Shown here piece by piece: positions 11,515-24,554 of a stretch of 36,144 nucleotides of DNA. The position numbers and the translations under genes are program-made. The notes beneath the pieces were generated by a model. It saw only the letters and a list, made by a program, of their open reading frames with translations. It ran no database searches and was not told the origin of the DNA. Source of the DNA: Octopus sinensis (taxonomy: Eukaryota); assembly GCF_006345805.1 (NCBI RefSeq), contig NW_021828088.1, forward strand, positions 1-36,144. The letters are read 5' to 3'. The stretch's first letter is position 1; every line of letters starts with the position of its first letter.

Positions 11515-12862
11515 AGATGATGATGATGATGGCAACGACAGCGATGATGGTAATGATGTTGTTGATAATGATGATGATTTCCACCATTGGCATACGGTCA
11601 GATAATCGATCCTAGTTTTAGATTGCATTTTCTTTAAAATAAATTTATCAGCACCAAAATGAAAGTCGTACTTGGTAGGATTTGAACTCGGAATACAATG
11701 AGAGTAAAGTCGTACAGTACAGATGAGGAAAGTAAAGCAACATGATGAAATAATTTTCAAATATAGGCACAAGACCAGAAATTTTAGAGAAGTTAAAGAC
11801 TGGATAAATTCCACCTCAGGATTTGACTGGTATCGTATTTTGTCCCCTATAAAATTGATCTTGGTGAAATTTGAACCCGAAAGTTCAAGAGTCAGAACAA
11901 ATACCCTCAGCTCATTGCAAGGACTTGCAAATCTACTCTGACTTGTATCACTGACAGTACAAATCTGTGCCACGTTTTATGAAGGAAATCTCTTGTAACG
12001 ATGCTGAAGTTACAGAAGAAAATGACTGGTGGTAGTTGGGTCCACGAGAGAGCTCTCTGCTCATGGAACTGGAAAATCAGGGACAGACGAAGAAAAAAGA
12101 AAGAAGTGGAAATTTTACCGGTGAGTGTGTTAAATAATAAGGCACTAAAAGAGAATGACTCTCCCCAGACACAACAGAATAAACCCCCAGTGTTCAATGT
12201 ACCAGTTTCTATTTCAGCAGTCATAGGTGGGCAGAGAGAACAAAAACTACAAGAAAAAGCGCATCTCTTCACTGAGAGTCCGCGAGTTCATTACGATACG
12301 TGTATAGAGCAGACATTGAACAACTGGAGCTGGTAGTTTCAATGTTTGTGAATGTTATTACTTCGCAATGTTTACATGCGGACAAGGTTTGCATAACATA
12401 AATGCATTGCTTTAGATATCAATGATTATTAAGTAGGTAAGTGTCTTGCGTATAGACTGGAAACTGAGTTTCACTCTGAGATGCACCAGCATATGGAAGA
12501 GATGGGGTATAGAAAAGAAACTAAATTACACCTTGGTGCAAAAGAATGTACCTAGTTAGGAACAGATTACTTCCGGGTATATCAGTTTTATTATTAGCGG
12601 TTTTATACATGTCAGAGTGATATATATGTACAACGTATTTTATATACAGACATACATGCATGTATGCATACATACATACATACATACATACATACATCAT
12701 GCATATTATAAAAAATTATAAAGATTATATGTACGTATTATATTTATACTGTATTTATTAAATGCATATATATTATATAGATAAATGTTCTTCATACATA
12801 TGCATATATATCATGCATGTACACGACATATATATTGTATATAATATAAATACAAAGTTCGC

Positions 12863-12898
<36 letters not shown>

Positions 12899-12900
12899 TT

Positions 12901-12941
<41 letters not shown>

Positions 12942-13327
12942 CAAGTAGATAGATAGATAGACAGATAGATAGGCAATCCACAGACATACAATCATACTCG
13001 CACAATAAACGAGAATAAATGCATAAGTATATCAGGGTAATCAGATTGATAGACAGACAGATAGACTGACTGAGTGACTGACTGATAGATAGACAGAGAG
13101 ATAGATAGAGAGAGAGAAAGAGAGAGAGAGAGGGAGAGACAAAGAAATTGAGAGCACTAAGTCAAATAATGAAATGTAATCTACCGTATTTCCATTTAGT
13201 CGTCCAAATCTCAAGCAAAAATAATAAAACAATGAAAAATAAAATAAGTAAAAAAAAAAAATGCAATTTCAATATATTCTTGAGAATGTCGATGATCGAT
13301 GATGATTTTCAAATTCAATTTTTCTAG

Positions 13328-13400
13328 GAAAATTACGAAGAAAAACAAATTTCACAAAAATAAATTTAAAGGACATTATAAATAGTTATCATAGATTTAT
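13328..13400 (+). CDS. Candidate 73-nt exon (KLRRKTNFTKINLKDIINSYHRF)
   Basis: TTTTTCTAG/G acceptor, AT/GTAAGT donor, one open frame. No confident homology. Confidence 0.3.
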
Positions 13401-13425
13401 GTAAGTTATATGCAGCAGTTGGATG

Positions 13426-13598
13426 AAGACAAGATAAGAAAAGGAACCATTCACCACACACACATCACTCACACCCATATATATATATATATATATATAA
13501 TATATATATAATATATATATATTCTGCAGTGGTTTTTTGCTTATTTTTATGAGTGCGAGTGAGTTGGTAGTGGATGGTTCCTTTTCTTATCTTGTCTT
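13426..13598. repeat. Fold-back / MITE-like inverted repeat
   Basis: AAGACAAGATAAGAAAAGGAACCAT (from 13426) pairs perfectly with ATGGTTCCTTTTCTTATCTTGTCTT (ending 13598); weaker pairing continues inward for about 30 bp; (TA)n in the spacer. Confidence 0.85.
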
Positions 13599-13599
13599 G

Positions 13600-13630
<31 letters not shown>

Positions 13631-13739
13631 TGTGTACGTATGTATGTATATAGTTATCTATATCACATACATAGAGATGCACATATATATTTGTATACAC
13701 GCGCACACATACAAATATATAAGTAGGTGCATGGGCAAA

Positions 13740-14000
<261 letters not shown>

Positions 14001-14989
14001 AAACAGAAATAAAGAAAGGTTACTGATAAACATATATATATATATATATATATAAATTTAAATATATAAATATATTTTCACATGCTATAATATGTGCATT
14101 TGCCAAAACATGGCACCTTCTTAACAAACTCCTGTCGTTTTGAAAAAAAAAAAACATGTAAATAATAAAATAGCTGAGAAACTGTACTTTTCTTAAGTGA
14201 AACATTTTGAACGTATATATATAATAAAGACTAAATTCTTTATAAAAAAAAAATGCATTAAAGAAAATCAACGAACCGTTGAAAGAAGGAAGGAGACAAC
14301 AAGATATAGAAGGAATGATGTTTTCTGAAAAGAGAAATAAAGGAAATAGAAGAAAAATAGATTATCAAGGAGAAAAATTCGACACATCACTGGTTTTAAA
14401 TTGAATAGTGTCCATACTAAAATGGCGCTCGCCAGTTTCCTGCTTGGTTTTAATACGAACGACAAAAATCTACTTCCCCCACTATCAATATTCGTACGCA
14501 TACAAATAATTATATTTTACTGAATATTAATCCAACACTCTGATATACTTTCTTTCATAATTTAAATCAGTGCAGCATTGGTTTTGTTTATGTATTACCT
14601 GGAATGAACTAAAAAAAATGTAGAGAAAAAAGTTATACGTTCATACACACACAAACAAAACCATACGCACGAACATATACATATTATTATATATACATAC
14701 ATTACATACATACATACATACATACATATATAATATATATATATATATCTATATATATGTAATATATATACAAGTACAAGTATATAGATATATATATATG
14801 TAATGATAGATAGACATGTATATGTATATATACACAAATGCATCAACATACGTTATATATATATACCATACAAAGTCACGTATACATTCATACATAAGTA
14901 TAAAATACATATATAAATATATATTTGCATATATATATATATATAATATATATATATATATAGACACACACACATACATACATACACAG

Positions 14990-15030
<41 letters not shown>

Positions 15031-15092
15031 GACACACACACATACAAATACACAGATAATATATATATAATATATATATGTGTGTGTGTAAA

Positions 15093-15126
<34 letters not shown>

Positions 15127-15602
15127 CACTCACAAGCACACACATATATGTAATTTGGATTTGTGTTATACACACATACACAGATATGTTCAATAAACTA
15201 AACGCACATTGATTTTCTTCTGTTGGTATGAAGACGTTACTTCCTGTCTGCCATAACTTTCTAACTTGAATAAAGTATGTGTTTGTTGCCCAGCAACAAA
15301 GGTTGGTCCTCCCTATCACGACCAACACATGTCTATAATAAAGAGTATCTAAGTCCCCCTTCATTATCCCACCTCTACTCTCACTCAGTCGCACACACTC
15401 ACCTCTCGCCCTCATGACGTCCTTACGTTCAAACCGTCGCACCATCACCCAGCCGCACTCAAGTCTCACTCTAATAAGACATAATGCTTTGTTGCATGCA
15501 GAGAGATGTTCAATTATATTACGAAGAAATTAATTTTCGGGAGAGGAAATACTGTGCTTGTTAATACAGACATAGATACATAGATACAGACATAGATACA
15601 TA

Positions 15603-16015
15603 GGCGTAGGAGTGGCTGTGTGGTAAGTAGCTTGCTTACCAACCACATGGTTCCGGGTTCAGTCCCACTGCGTGGCACCTTGGGCAAGTGTCTTCTACTA
15701 TAGCCTCGGGCCGACCAAAGCCTATTGAGTGGATTTGGTAGACGGAAACTGAAAGAAGCCTGTCGTATATATATGTATATATGTGTGTATGTGTGTGTAC
15801 GTGTATGTTTGTGTTTGTCCCCCTAGCATCGCTTGACAACCGATGCTGGTGTGTTTATGTCCCCGTTACTTAGCAGTTCGGCAAAAGAGACCGATAGAAT
15901 AAGTACTGGGCTTACAAAGAATAAGTCCCGGGGTCGAGTTGCTTGATTAAAGGTGGTGCTCCAGCATGGCCGCTGTCAAATGACTGAAACAAGTAAAAGA
16001 GTAAAGAGTAAAGAG
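15603..16015 (+). mobile_element. Full-length tRNA-derived SINE family A
   Basis: Head GGCGTAGGAGTGGCTGTGTGGTAAG...GGGTTCAGTCCC, central ACCTTGGGCAAGT block, internal TA/TG tract, tail GCATGGCCGC..TCAAATGACTGAAAC and short (GTAAAGA) repeats. Confidence 0.92.
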
Positions 16016-16364
16016 CATATGAGTGTGTGTGTGAGATATAGGTACGTACGTACGTATGTATGTATGTATGCATGTATGAATGTATGCATGCATGTATGTA
16101 GGTATGCATGTATGTATGTATGCAGGTATGCATGTATGCATGTATGTATGCATGCATGCATGCATGCATGTATGTATGTATGTATGCATGTATGTATGCA
16201 TGTATGTATGCATGCATGCATGTAATGATGTATACTTGTATATTGGTTTGGTTATTCAAACAGGAAACTAAAACACGAAACAAGAGGATATATATTTATT
16301 ATCAATAATCGACAGAAGTTACAGTGTGACTCAACGTACTGGAGTTTCGTTCATTAGCAGTTAT

Positions 16365-16401
<37 letters not shown>

Positions 16402-16494
16402 ATGATAATAATAATAATATAAATGATATATAAATATATGCATATATACATACATATATGTACATACCAACATCTATATGTATATACGCATGCA

Positions 16495-16672
16495 TATATG
16501 GGTACGGGACATTAGAAAAAACTTTGAACACGATGAGAAACAAAAACATAAAAACAAAAACATAAAAACGAACTATTTTTCAAACAACAAAAAACAGAGT
16601 ACAAGACATACAACACAAGGAATATTCCCCTTCTTCAGTTGTCCCTGTTTCGTCTATTCCTGTTTCGAAGGT
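16495..16672 (-). mobile_element. Non-coding repeat homologous to 35574-35745, carrying hammerhead core words
   Basis: Minus strand ACCTTCGAAACAGG...GGGACAACTGAAGAAGGGGAATATTCCTTGTGTTGTATGTCTTGTACTCTGTTTTTT aligns collinearly with 35574-35660; flanked by TA repeats. Confidence 0.8.
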
Positions 16673-16967
16673 AATATATATATATATATATTATATATAT
16701 ATATAACTGCATATGTATATATAGAGTGATATGTGTGTGTGTGTGCATGTGTATGTGTGTGTATGCACGTACAAATACACATACACACGTAATATATAAA
16801 TATACACACATTTATTGGTTGGTTGTCCCTTTATGTTCAGTTAATTAGCGGTTTGACTCCCTCTCGAGACTATAACTTCTAGATTTAAACCAGTGCTAGT
16901 TTAAATGCAGTGCTCCAGCATGGCCGCTAGTCAGTGACTGAAACTTGTAAAAGAATATCCAAAACGC

Positions 16968-17215
16968 TTTCACGATGGGAAATAAACATTGGAAAATCAG
17001 TAGTTGAGGTTATTGCTATAGATTTTCTATTGATATTTTCGAAAGGCTGACTATAACTTCCATAGACAATCTGTAGGGTTAAGCTTAACAAGTGATATAA
17101 GAGCACTGCTAACACAGTAGAATATGGTATTGGCTTATAAGACGTTTGATATATTTTATAGTATATTTTGTTTGTATAACGGAATACCAAGTCATTTGAT
17201 TATTTATAAATGACC
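16968..17215 (+). pseudogene. Very old CR1/L2-like reverse transcriptase remnant
   Basis: Stop-ridden translation VEVIAIDF...FSKG..LP.....KL (17003-17086), then GIP...IY(I)ND after a frameshift, echoing the RT motifs VDVIYLDFSKAFD.VPH..LL.KL and GVPQG...IYIND. Confidence 0.3.
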
Positions 17216-17320
17216 CAAAATATCGCTTTAGCTATACAAAAAGAACAGATTATCACGCATGGAATGTCTATTCCCATAGATTTGGACTATCTAGGAACCG
17301 GCTATAAACTTTGGCCTAAA

Positions 17321-17553
17321 AAGGCGGCGAGCTGGCAGAATCGTTTGCACGCCGGGCGAAATGCGTAGCCGTATTTCGTCTGCCGTTACGTTCTGGGTTC
17401 AAATTCTGCTGAGGTCGACTTTGCCTTTCATCCTTTCGGGGTCGATAAATTAAGTACCAGTTACGCACTGGGGTCTATATAATCGACTTAATCCGTTCGT
17501 CTGTCCTTGTTTGTCCCCTCTGTGTTTAGCCCCTTGTGGGTAGTAAAGAAATA
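17321..17553 (+). mobile_element. Full-length monomeric SINE family B with an 18-bp target-site duplication
   Basis: TATAAACTTTGGCCTAAA at 17303-17320 and 17554-17571; A box TGGCAGAATCG, B box GGGTTCAAATTC. Confidence 0.95.
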
Positions 17554-17588
17554 TATAAACTTTGGCCTAAATATATTCATTACAATAG

Positions 17589-18250
17589 CATTGCTGTGTT
17601 GAGAAGTGTGCTTATCAACCACATGGTTCTGAGTTCGGTCCCACTGCGCAGCACTTTAGGTAAGTATTCTCTGTAATAGCTCCGGGACCCACCCAAAACC
17701 TTTTGAGTGGATTTAGTAGCAAGAAACTAAAAGGAGCCCGTCGGATACATGTGTGTGTGTGTGGTGTGTGCGTGTGTGTTTATGCAGGTGTACATGTGGC
17801 TCTTTGCGTTTGTGTTAGTCCCCCCACCCTCGCTTGATAAGAGATATCGGTAATGTAGGCATGGTTGTGTGGTAAGAAGCTTGCTTCCCAACCACATAGT
17901 TCCAGGTTCAGTCCCACTATGTGCCAACTTGGGCAAATATCTTCTTCTATAGCCTCGGGCAGACCAAAGACTCGAGAGCGAATTTGGTAGATGAAACTCA
18001 AAGAAGCTCGTTGTGTGTGAGTGTGTAACATGGGGGAATGGTCTTTCTGTTTGTGTTTGTCTCCTGCCATCGCTTGGTAACCAGTGTTGGCATGTTTACG
18101 TCCTCGTAATTTAGCGTTTCAGCAAGAGAAACCGAAAGTATAAGTAGCGGTCTTACAAACACAAACATTTGGGCTAATTTGTTTGACTATACTAATCAAG
18201 GTGGTGTCCCTACCTGCATTCCTGCATTCCTATGACTGAAAGAAGCAAAA
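17589..18250 (+). mobile_element. Two tandem degenerate SINE family A copies
   Basis: Two heads (about 17589 and 17855), each with CAACCACAT.GTTC..GTTC.GTCCCACT and central blocks. Confidence 0.8.
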
Positions 18251-18949
18251 TTTTAAAAGGTAAACGATTCTAAGTCAATTACCATTGAGTTGCTCTTAAA
18301 CTGTTTACTAACAAAAGCTATCTGGATGTGCCATAGATTTTAAAAAATTGGAGATTTGTTTTAGTATATTTCATTCCACTGCATATAGTTTATTTTACTA
18401 ATGAGAAGAATTGGAAAAAAACTAACTAGATGGTTCTTTTTCTGTATTGCTATCAAAAAAAAAAAAAGAAGAAAGAAAGAAAGAAAAGAAAAGAAGAAAC
18501 AACGAATGAAGAACTAGCTCATAATTTTGAAATATGAAGAATTGAGATTCAGAACATCTATGTTAAGTATTGAAAACGTTCTGCTTAATTTTGTTACATT
18601 AAAGTAGAATTTGTGAAAGAAGATGAAGAATAATTTGGAGGGATATGCACGTATGCACACACATGCGCACATATACACACAAAGAAGCCATGAATGAGAT
18701 TCAAATGGACATGTGTAAACAGAAACAGAAAAAAAAGCGGAAGGTAGACGTAGATACATAGGTCGACAGATAAATAGATTAAAAGACAATTAAACAACTT
18801 CAAGGAAGATACATAGAGAGATAGATAGAGATAGAGAGAGAGAGAGAGAGGGGGAGGGAGGGAGAGGAAGATACATACATAGATGAACAGAAAAGATAGA
18901 TAAGATAGAGAGTTAGAGAGATGCACACATAGGGGAACAATTAGAAGAT

Positions 18950-18952
18950 ATG

Positions 18953-19005
<53 letters not shown>

Positions 19006-19023
19006 TGACAGATATATAGAGAC

Positions 19024-19055
<32 letters not shown>

Positions 19056-19093
19056 TGACAGATATATAGAGACAGATAGATAGATAGATATAA

Positions 19094-19143
<50 letters not shown>

Positions 19144-19161
19144 TGACAGATATATAGAGAC

Positions 19162-19222
<61 letters not shown>

Positions 19223-19260
19223 CATGGATAGATAGATAGATAGAGAGAGAGAGAGAAAGA
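18950..19260. repeat. (GATA)n with three copies of the interruption GATTGACAGATATATAGAGACA
   Basis: Direct reading at about 19003, 19043 and 19141. Confidence 0.9.
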
Positions 19261-19842
19261 GTGAGAGGATGAGATGGGCAGACAGACAGGCAGACAGTGA
19301 GACAAACATCGTATTTTCTCAATGAATAAGTCTTGAAACTCCGAATGTCATTCTAATTATTTCTCCATTGACGTGCTTTTATTTGTTTTTCTTTTCTCTA
19401 TTTTTTGTTTGTTTGTTTTTACGAGAATGGACAAAATTATAAATTCCGGATGAAAGCTCCGTAATATAGTAGCTGAGTGTCAGAGAAGTGTAAGCATAAG
19501 TCACAGAGAACACATCGTCTTGGGAACGGAGTTATTGGGGGGGAAAAGCAGAAATAACCCCCCTTATCGAAAACTGTCATCAATGTTTAAACTTGGGTCC
19601 AATTTTGTGGGAGGAGTGAAAGGACGAGCAAACGTGTGAGTAATAAAACTCGCCCCCTTTTTTTTTCGCCTTCTGCGAATCTCACCTTCCCTCTTGGCCA
19701 TTCATATTCACTTGAGCCACCGTCTGCTCTGACTCTCTTCATCCACGCCTCTCTTCTTTCTTCTCTCTATCTGCCTGCTTTACCAAACCTCGCCAAAGCA
19801 TACAGCTTCACTCTCTCACTCTGATATCACTCTCTCTCTGTT

Positions 19843-19878
<36 letters not shown>

Positions 19879-19880
19879 CC

Positions 19881-20012
19881 TGATGTCACCCTTTCTCTGT
19901 TTCTCTCTCTCTCTCTCCCTGATGTCACCCTTTCTCTGTTTCTCTCTCTCTCTCTGATGTCACCCTTTCTCTGCTTCTCTCTCTCTCTCTCTCTATGATG
20001 TCACCCTTTCTC

Positions 20013-20043
<31 letters not shown>

Positions 20044-20200
20044 GATGTCACCCTTTCTCCGTTTCTCTCTCTCTCTCTCTCTGATGTCACCCTTTCTCCG
20101 TTTCTCTCTCTCTCTCTCTCTCTCTCTCTGATGTCACCCTTTCTCTGTTTCTCTCTCTCTCTCTCTAGTGTCACCCTTTTCTCTGCTTCTCTCTCTCTCT
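19881..20200. repeat. Minisatellite: 8 units of TGATGTCACCCTTT(T)CTC(T/C)G followed by variable (TC)n
   Basis: Units start at about 19881, 19920, 19955, 19996, 20043, 20083, 20129 and 20166. Confidence 0.92.
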
Positions 20201-20787
20201 CTTCTTTCTCTCTCTTCTCTCTGTTCATCTCTCGCTCTGTTTCTTTGTCTTATTCTCACTTCCTGTTTCTTTCTCTTTCTATTCCTTTCCTCCCTGTTTA
20301 TCTTCTCTCTCTCTTTCTCGCTCTGTTTATGATTTTCTGATCCTCTCTCCTTCCTGTTCAACACGTTCTCTCCCCCTCTCTCTCTCCGTTTATCACTTTC
20401 TCCCCCTCTCTCTCTCTCTCCGTTTATCACTTTCTCTCCCTCTCTCTCTTTTTTCTCTTTCTCTCTCTCTTTCTCTGTTTATCTCTGCTTATTTCTCATT
20501 TTCGCTAACGAAGAGAGAACGACGAGAAGAAAAGGAAAGGGAGAAAACAAGAACGATAAGAGAGAAAAGACTTGCAGTTACAACCATCCAACCATCGAAC
20601 CATCCATCTAACCAGCCAACAGCCATCCGTACAACTATCACTACAGCAGCAACAAAAACAACATCAACAACAAAAGCTACTACCACTACTACTACTACGA
20701 CTACTACTACTACTACTGCTGCTGCTGTTGCTGCTACTACTACTACTACTACTGCTGCTACTACCACGACTACCAATAACAGCAAAG

Positions 20788-20942
20788 GTGGAGGCGCAAT
20801 TGGCCCAGTGGTTAGGGCAGCGGACTCGCGGTCGTAAGAACACAGTTTCGATTCCCAGACCGGCATTGTGAGTGTTTATTGAACAAAAACACCTAAGCTC
20901 CACGAGGCTCCGGCGGAGTGGGCGGGTGAACCCCGCTGTACT
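20788..20942 (+). mobile_element. SINE family C, 3'-incomplete
   Basis: Head nearly identical to the 6767 copy. Confidence 0.85.
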
Positions 20943-20949
20943 ACTACTC

Positions 20950-20988
<39 letters not shown>

Positions 20989-21417
20989 TCGCTACCGTAA
21001 CAACATCAACACCATCAATAATAATTATCAACGCAACAAAAAAACAACAAGGAGTAAATAATTACTTCTAATTTTATCATAAGGTCAGTAATTTTGAGGG
21101 GGAGGGCTAGCAAATTACATCAACAACCAGCACTCAAGTGATACGTGGTTTATCGACACCGAAATTACAAAAAAACAATGTTAAAGTACGGCAGAATTTG
21201 AACCCTGGACTTAAACAGCTGGAGGAAATGCTGTTACAAATTTTGTCCGGATTAGTAATGATTTTACACGCCGCCGTAAAAGGATTAATCAAAACAAACA
21301 TGGAGGCAACAAAATCGACAATAGTATATTTTTAAAATTTATTATTTTTTGAAGAATATATTATTGTAATTAATATAATTATTTTTAAAAGCATATATAT
21401 ATATATATATATATATA

Positions 21418-21729
21418 TCACCGTGATCACCGTGACTGACCAGGCTAACAGATGTTGCTACACATCGCTGGTCACAATGCGCTTCACATTGTTTTAGCCT
21501 TCAAATGACACCACCCAGCTGGCTAAGCGAGCAGGCCAACAGAAGAAAGAGTGAGAGAAAGTTGCGGCAAAAGAGTACAGCAGGGATCGCCACCATCCCC
21601 TGCCGAGTCCTCGGGGAGCTGTAAGTGTTTTCGCTCAATAAACACTCACAACGCCCGGTCTGGGAATCGAAACCGCGATCCTACAACCGCGAGCCTGCTG
21701 CCCTAACCACTGGGCCATTGCGCCTCCAC
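21418..21729 (-). mobile_element. Full-length SINE family C
   Basis: Reverse complement begins GTGGAGGCGCAATGGCCCAGTGGTTAGGGCAGC...GGTTTCGATTCCCAGACCGG and ends in a short (TCACCGTGA) duplication next to (TA)n. Confidence 0.9.
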
Positions 21730-22320
21730 AGACACACACACACACACACATGATCATCATCCCAATCGTGACAGTTGTGGTTATCGTCGTTATCTTATCA
21801 TCCACATGTTTACCATCTTCGTTGTCATCATCGTCACATCTTCCTCATCACACTGGTGGTGTTTAGTGTCGTTGCCATCAACATCATCATAATCATCACC
21901 ACTACCATGTTGTCATCGATGACGTTGGGTAGTAAGCTGAATTGCAGATCTTCGGATAAGAATCCTACTGAACCTCAAGGGTGTCGGATCGAATCCAGGA
22001 CAACACTCTGGATACCCTCTGCTACCACATTTTGCACTATTAACTGCATTGCAGCCTGCTAATCCCTGGATGGTTACGATGCTTAAGAGCCATCCAATGT
22101 CATTGGTTGACGATTTTATTCGGTTACTCTCATTGTCAACAACCTCATCAACCCCAGGACCACCTCGACAATTTCTAAGGAATAGTATGAGCAACAACAA
22201 CAACAGCAGCTACTACAGAAACAATAAAATATAACATCTTACATAGACACAAGGCCGGAGAGATGGTGGAGTGGGGAGAACAATCTCAGCTTTTGACTGC
22301 ACAATCACCACACTAAGACT

Positions 22321-22715
22321 GAGCTGGCAGAAATGTTAGCACGCCGGGCGAAATACTTAGCGGTATTTCGTCAGCCGCTACGTTCTGAGTTCAAATTCCG
22401 CCTAGGTCGACTTTGCCTTTCATCCTTTCGGGGTCGATTAAATAAGTACCAGTTGCGCACTGGGGTCGATGTAATCGACTTAATCCGTTTGTCTGTCCTT
22501 GTTTGTCCTCTCTGTGTTTAGTCCCTTGTGGGTAGTAAAGAAATTGGTATTTCGTCTGCCGGAACGTTCTGAGTTCAAATTCCGCCGAGGTCGACTTTGC
22601 CTTTCATCCTCTCGGGATCGATAAAATAAGAACCAATTGAATACAAAGGTCGCTGTAATCGACTTATCCCTTCACTTGAAATCGCTAGCCTAGTGCCAGA
22701 ATATGAAATCATTTT
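22321..22715 (+). mobile_element. SINE family B followed directly by a partial second copy
   Basis: Monomer to about 22544, then a restart at GGTATTTCGTCTG (22546). Confidence 0.9.
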
Positions 22716-23792
22716 ATTGACCTCTATATGTCTTAGATTCTACTGTGCCCGAGAGATGAGGATTCTGCAATTATTTGCTGAACAATCAGCACAGATGAAG
22801 GGTTTGTAGTCGCCAACGGTTTAAACTGAACAGAAGCTCATTGCCTCTATTAATACGAGATTATCTGTACAGGTGCACGGTGTGCCACACGTCAGATGCC
22901 CAAGTGACGACAGAGAGTAACGTGAGATTAATTGCTTCGCTCGATAACATAACGCAGTACCTGGTCCGCGAAACCACAATTTTGCGATCCACAGTGCAGA
23001 CCTCTGACGACTAGGCCACGCGCTCTGTAAGTATATAAAGGAAAATCTATGACTATGATGGGGTTTGAATTCAGAATATAAGGGATCGTAACTAAGAAAT
23101 ACCACAAACAATTCTGTACGCTGCTCCAACGATTCTTACCAACACTTTGGTCCAATACCAGCAAAAACATGAGAAGTGGTAACGAAAATAGCGAAAACAA
23201 TAACAGTAACTACAATAAGGCTATCTATAATGTTAACAACAAATTGTAAGTACATATTAGAATTCCGGCCAACAACACCAACAGCAACAACAATCGGAAG
23301 TAGAACCGCTAACAGCAACAAAAACAATAACAGTATTAGCAACAAAAGCAACAACAACAACAGTTATAGCAACATATGTAGAGAAGTAAAGCTAACATAA
23401 TTTGAAAGGAAATAGATCATTGCTGGACAATATTGATTTCACAGACGCCAGAAAGCTAATGGAACCAGAATATGAAGACAATTGCAATTCTCACTTCTGC
23501 TACTTACCATTATTCTCTTAAGAAGAAAGAAGGGACACGTTAACGCATCCTTCGCGTGTGTGTATGTATGTATTTACATATATAAATGTAAGTATGTATG
23601 TAAGTGCGTGTGTGTGTGTTGTATGTATGCATATAAATGTATACATGCGTGTATGGGAGTGTTTTATTCCTATCCTATACTTCCTTGCCAGCTACCCCTC
23701 CTCCCCACATACTTGCAAACTGTTACGCCCTCCCCGACCCAACCCTCTCGACAACCTATCAGCTAGTCATACTTCTATACTTGTCAATTTCC

Positions 23793-23837
<45 letters not shown>

Positions 23838-24274
23838 GTTTGTACGCATACAAGCGAGTACATATGCACACACGTCCACACACGCACACACACATATGTA
23901 TATAAACACCAATATACACGCACACTTATACACACATATACGCACATACATACAAGTATATTGTGATACAGAGATATATAGAAACACACATACACAATCG
24001 CGCAAGCAACGTAATTGAGCAAAGAGAAAACTCAGTCTCTAGTGCTGTAGTAAATATATTTGGACGACGAAGACAAATAAGGTTTCATTTCTATAACGCA
24101 CAGGATAAATTCTTGATTTCTTGAAATTATCTCCATCTCAAAAGAGGGTAGATAAATTGCTCGGTTGCTATTGGTACCAGCTCCTCTATTGAAGGGGAGA
24201 CAATCTCAGAACCAAGATTTCTCAAAATTTACATGCCATTAAAGAAAAAAAAATGTCTGATATGTCTGAAGAAA

Positions 24275-24531
24275 CGGTGTGTTCCACCAATATTTTTTAA
24301 TGCTTAAATGTGTGAATGCATTTCGTTTCTGGTATGGCCAGCAGAATAATGATTCCTTCATATAGCATCAAGATGCTCTACGCAGATGGGAATTTACTGG
24401 TAGCCCTTTCAGATTTTGGTGACAATGATGCGTCTCATTTGACGGTAGTATCATGCATATATTTTTAAACAGCTAAAGATGGTGTGGGTGATATCTTCTA
24501 CACTTTCATGGCACGGTACACATTTTCTATC
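24275..24531 (-). pseudogene. Decayed non-LTR retrotransposon ORF C-terminal region, restriction-like-endonuclease type
   Basis: Minus-strand translation RKCVPCHESVEDITHTIFSC (CX2CX8HX4C knuckle), then KIYA*YYRQMRRIIVTK and, after a frameshift, KYWWNTP; in-frame stops. Confidence 0.55.
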
Positions 24532-24554
24532 TCAATATTGAAAAGTCTCGTAAG

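Noticed and set aside
11983-12336. Non-repetitive plus-strand ORF of 111-118 codons with a basic RDRRRKKKE stretch
   Set aside because: No recognisable domain and no consistent splice or start context; cannot be distinguished from a chance ORF without a search.
14888-15469. 193-aa minus-strand ORF
   Set aside because: Half is microsatellite; the remainder shows no recognisable motif.
19531-19563. GTTATT/AATAAC and G7/C6 pairs in pseudoknot order
   Set aside because: Loop lengths (0, about 9, 0) do not fit an H-type pseudoknot, and homopolymer pairing is easily coincidental.
19881-20200. Repeat-spacer pattern superficially like a CRISPR array
   Set aside because: Spacers are (TC)n rather than unique sequences, there are no cas genes, and the context is eukaryotic.
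21913-22234. Short overlapping ORFs with a signal-peptide-like start
   Set aside because: The hydrophobic start comes from a (TTG)n repeat, and the region contains a B-box-like GGATCGAATCC suggesting another decayed SINE.
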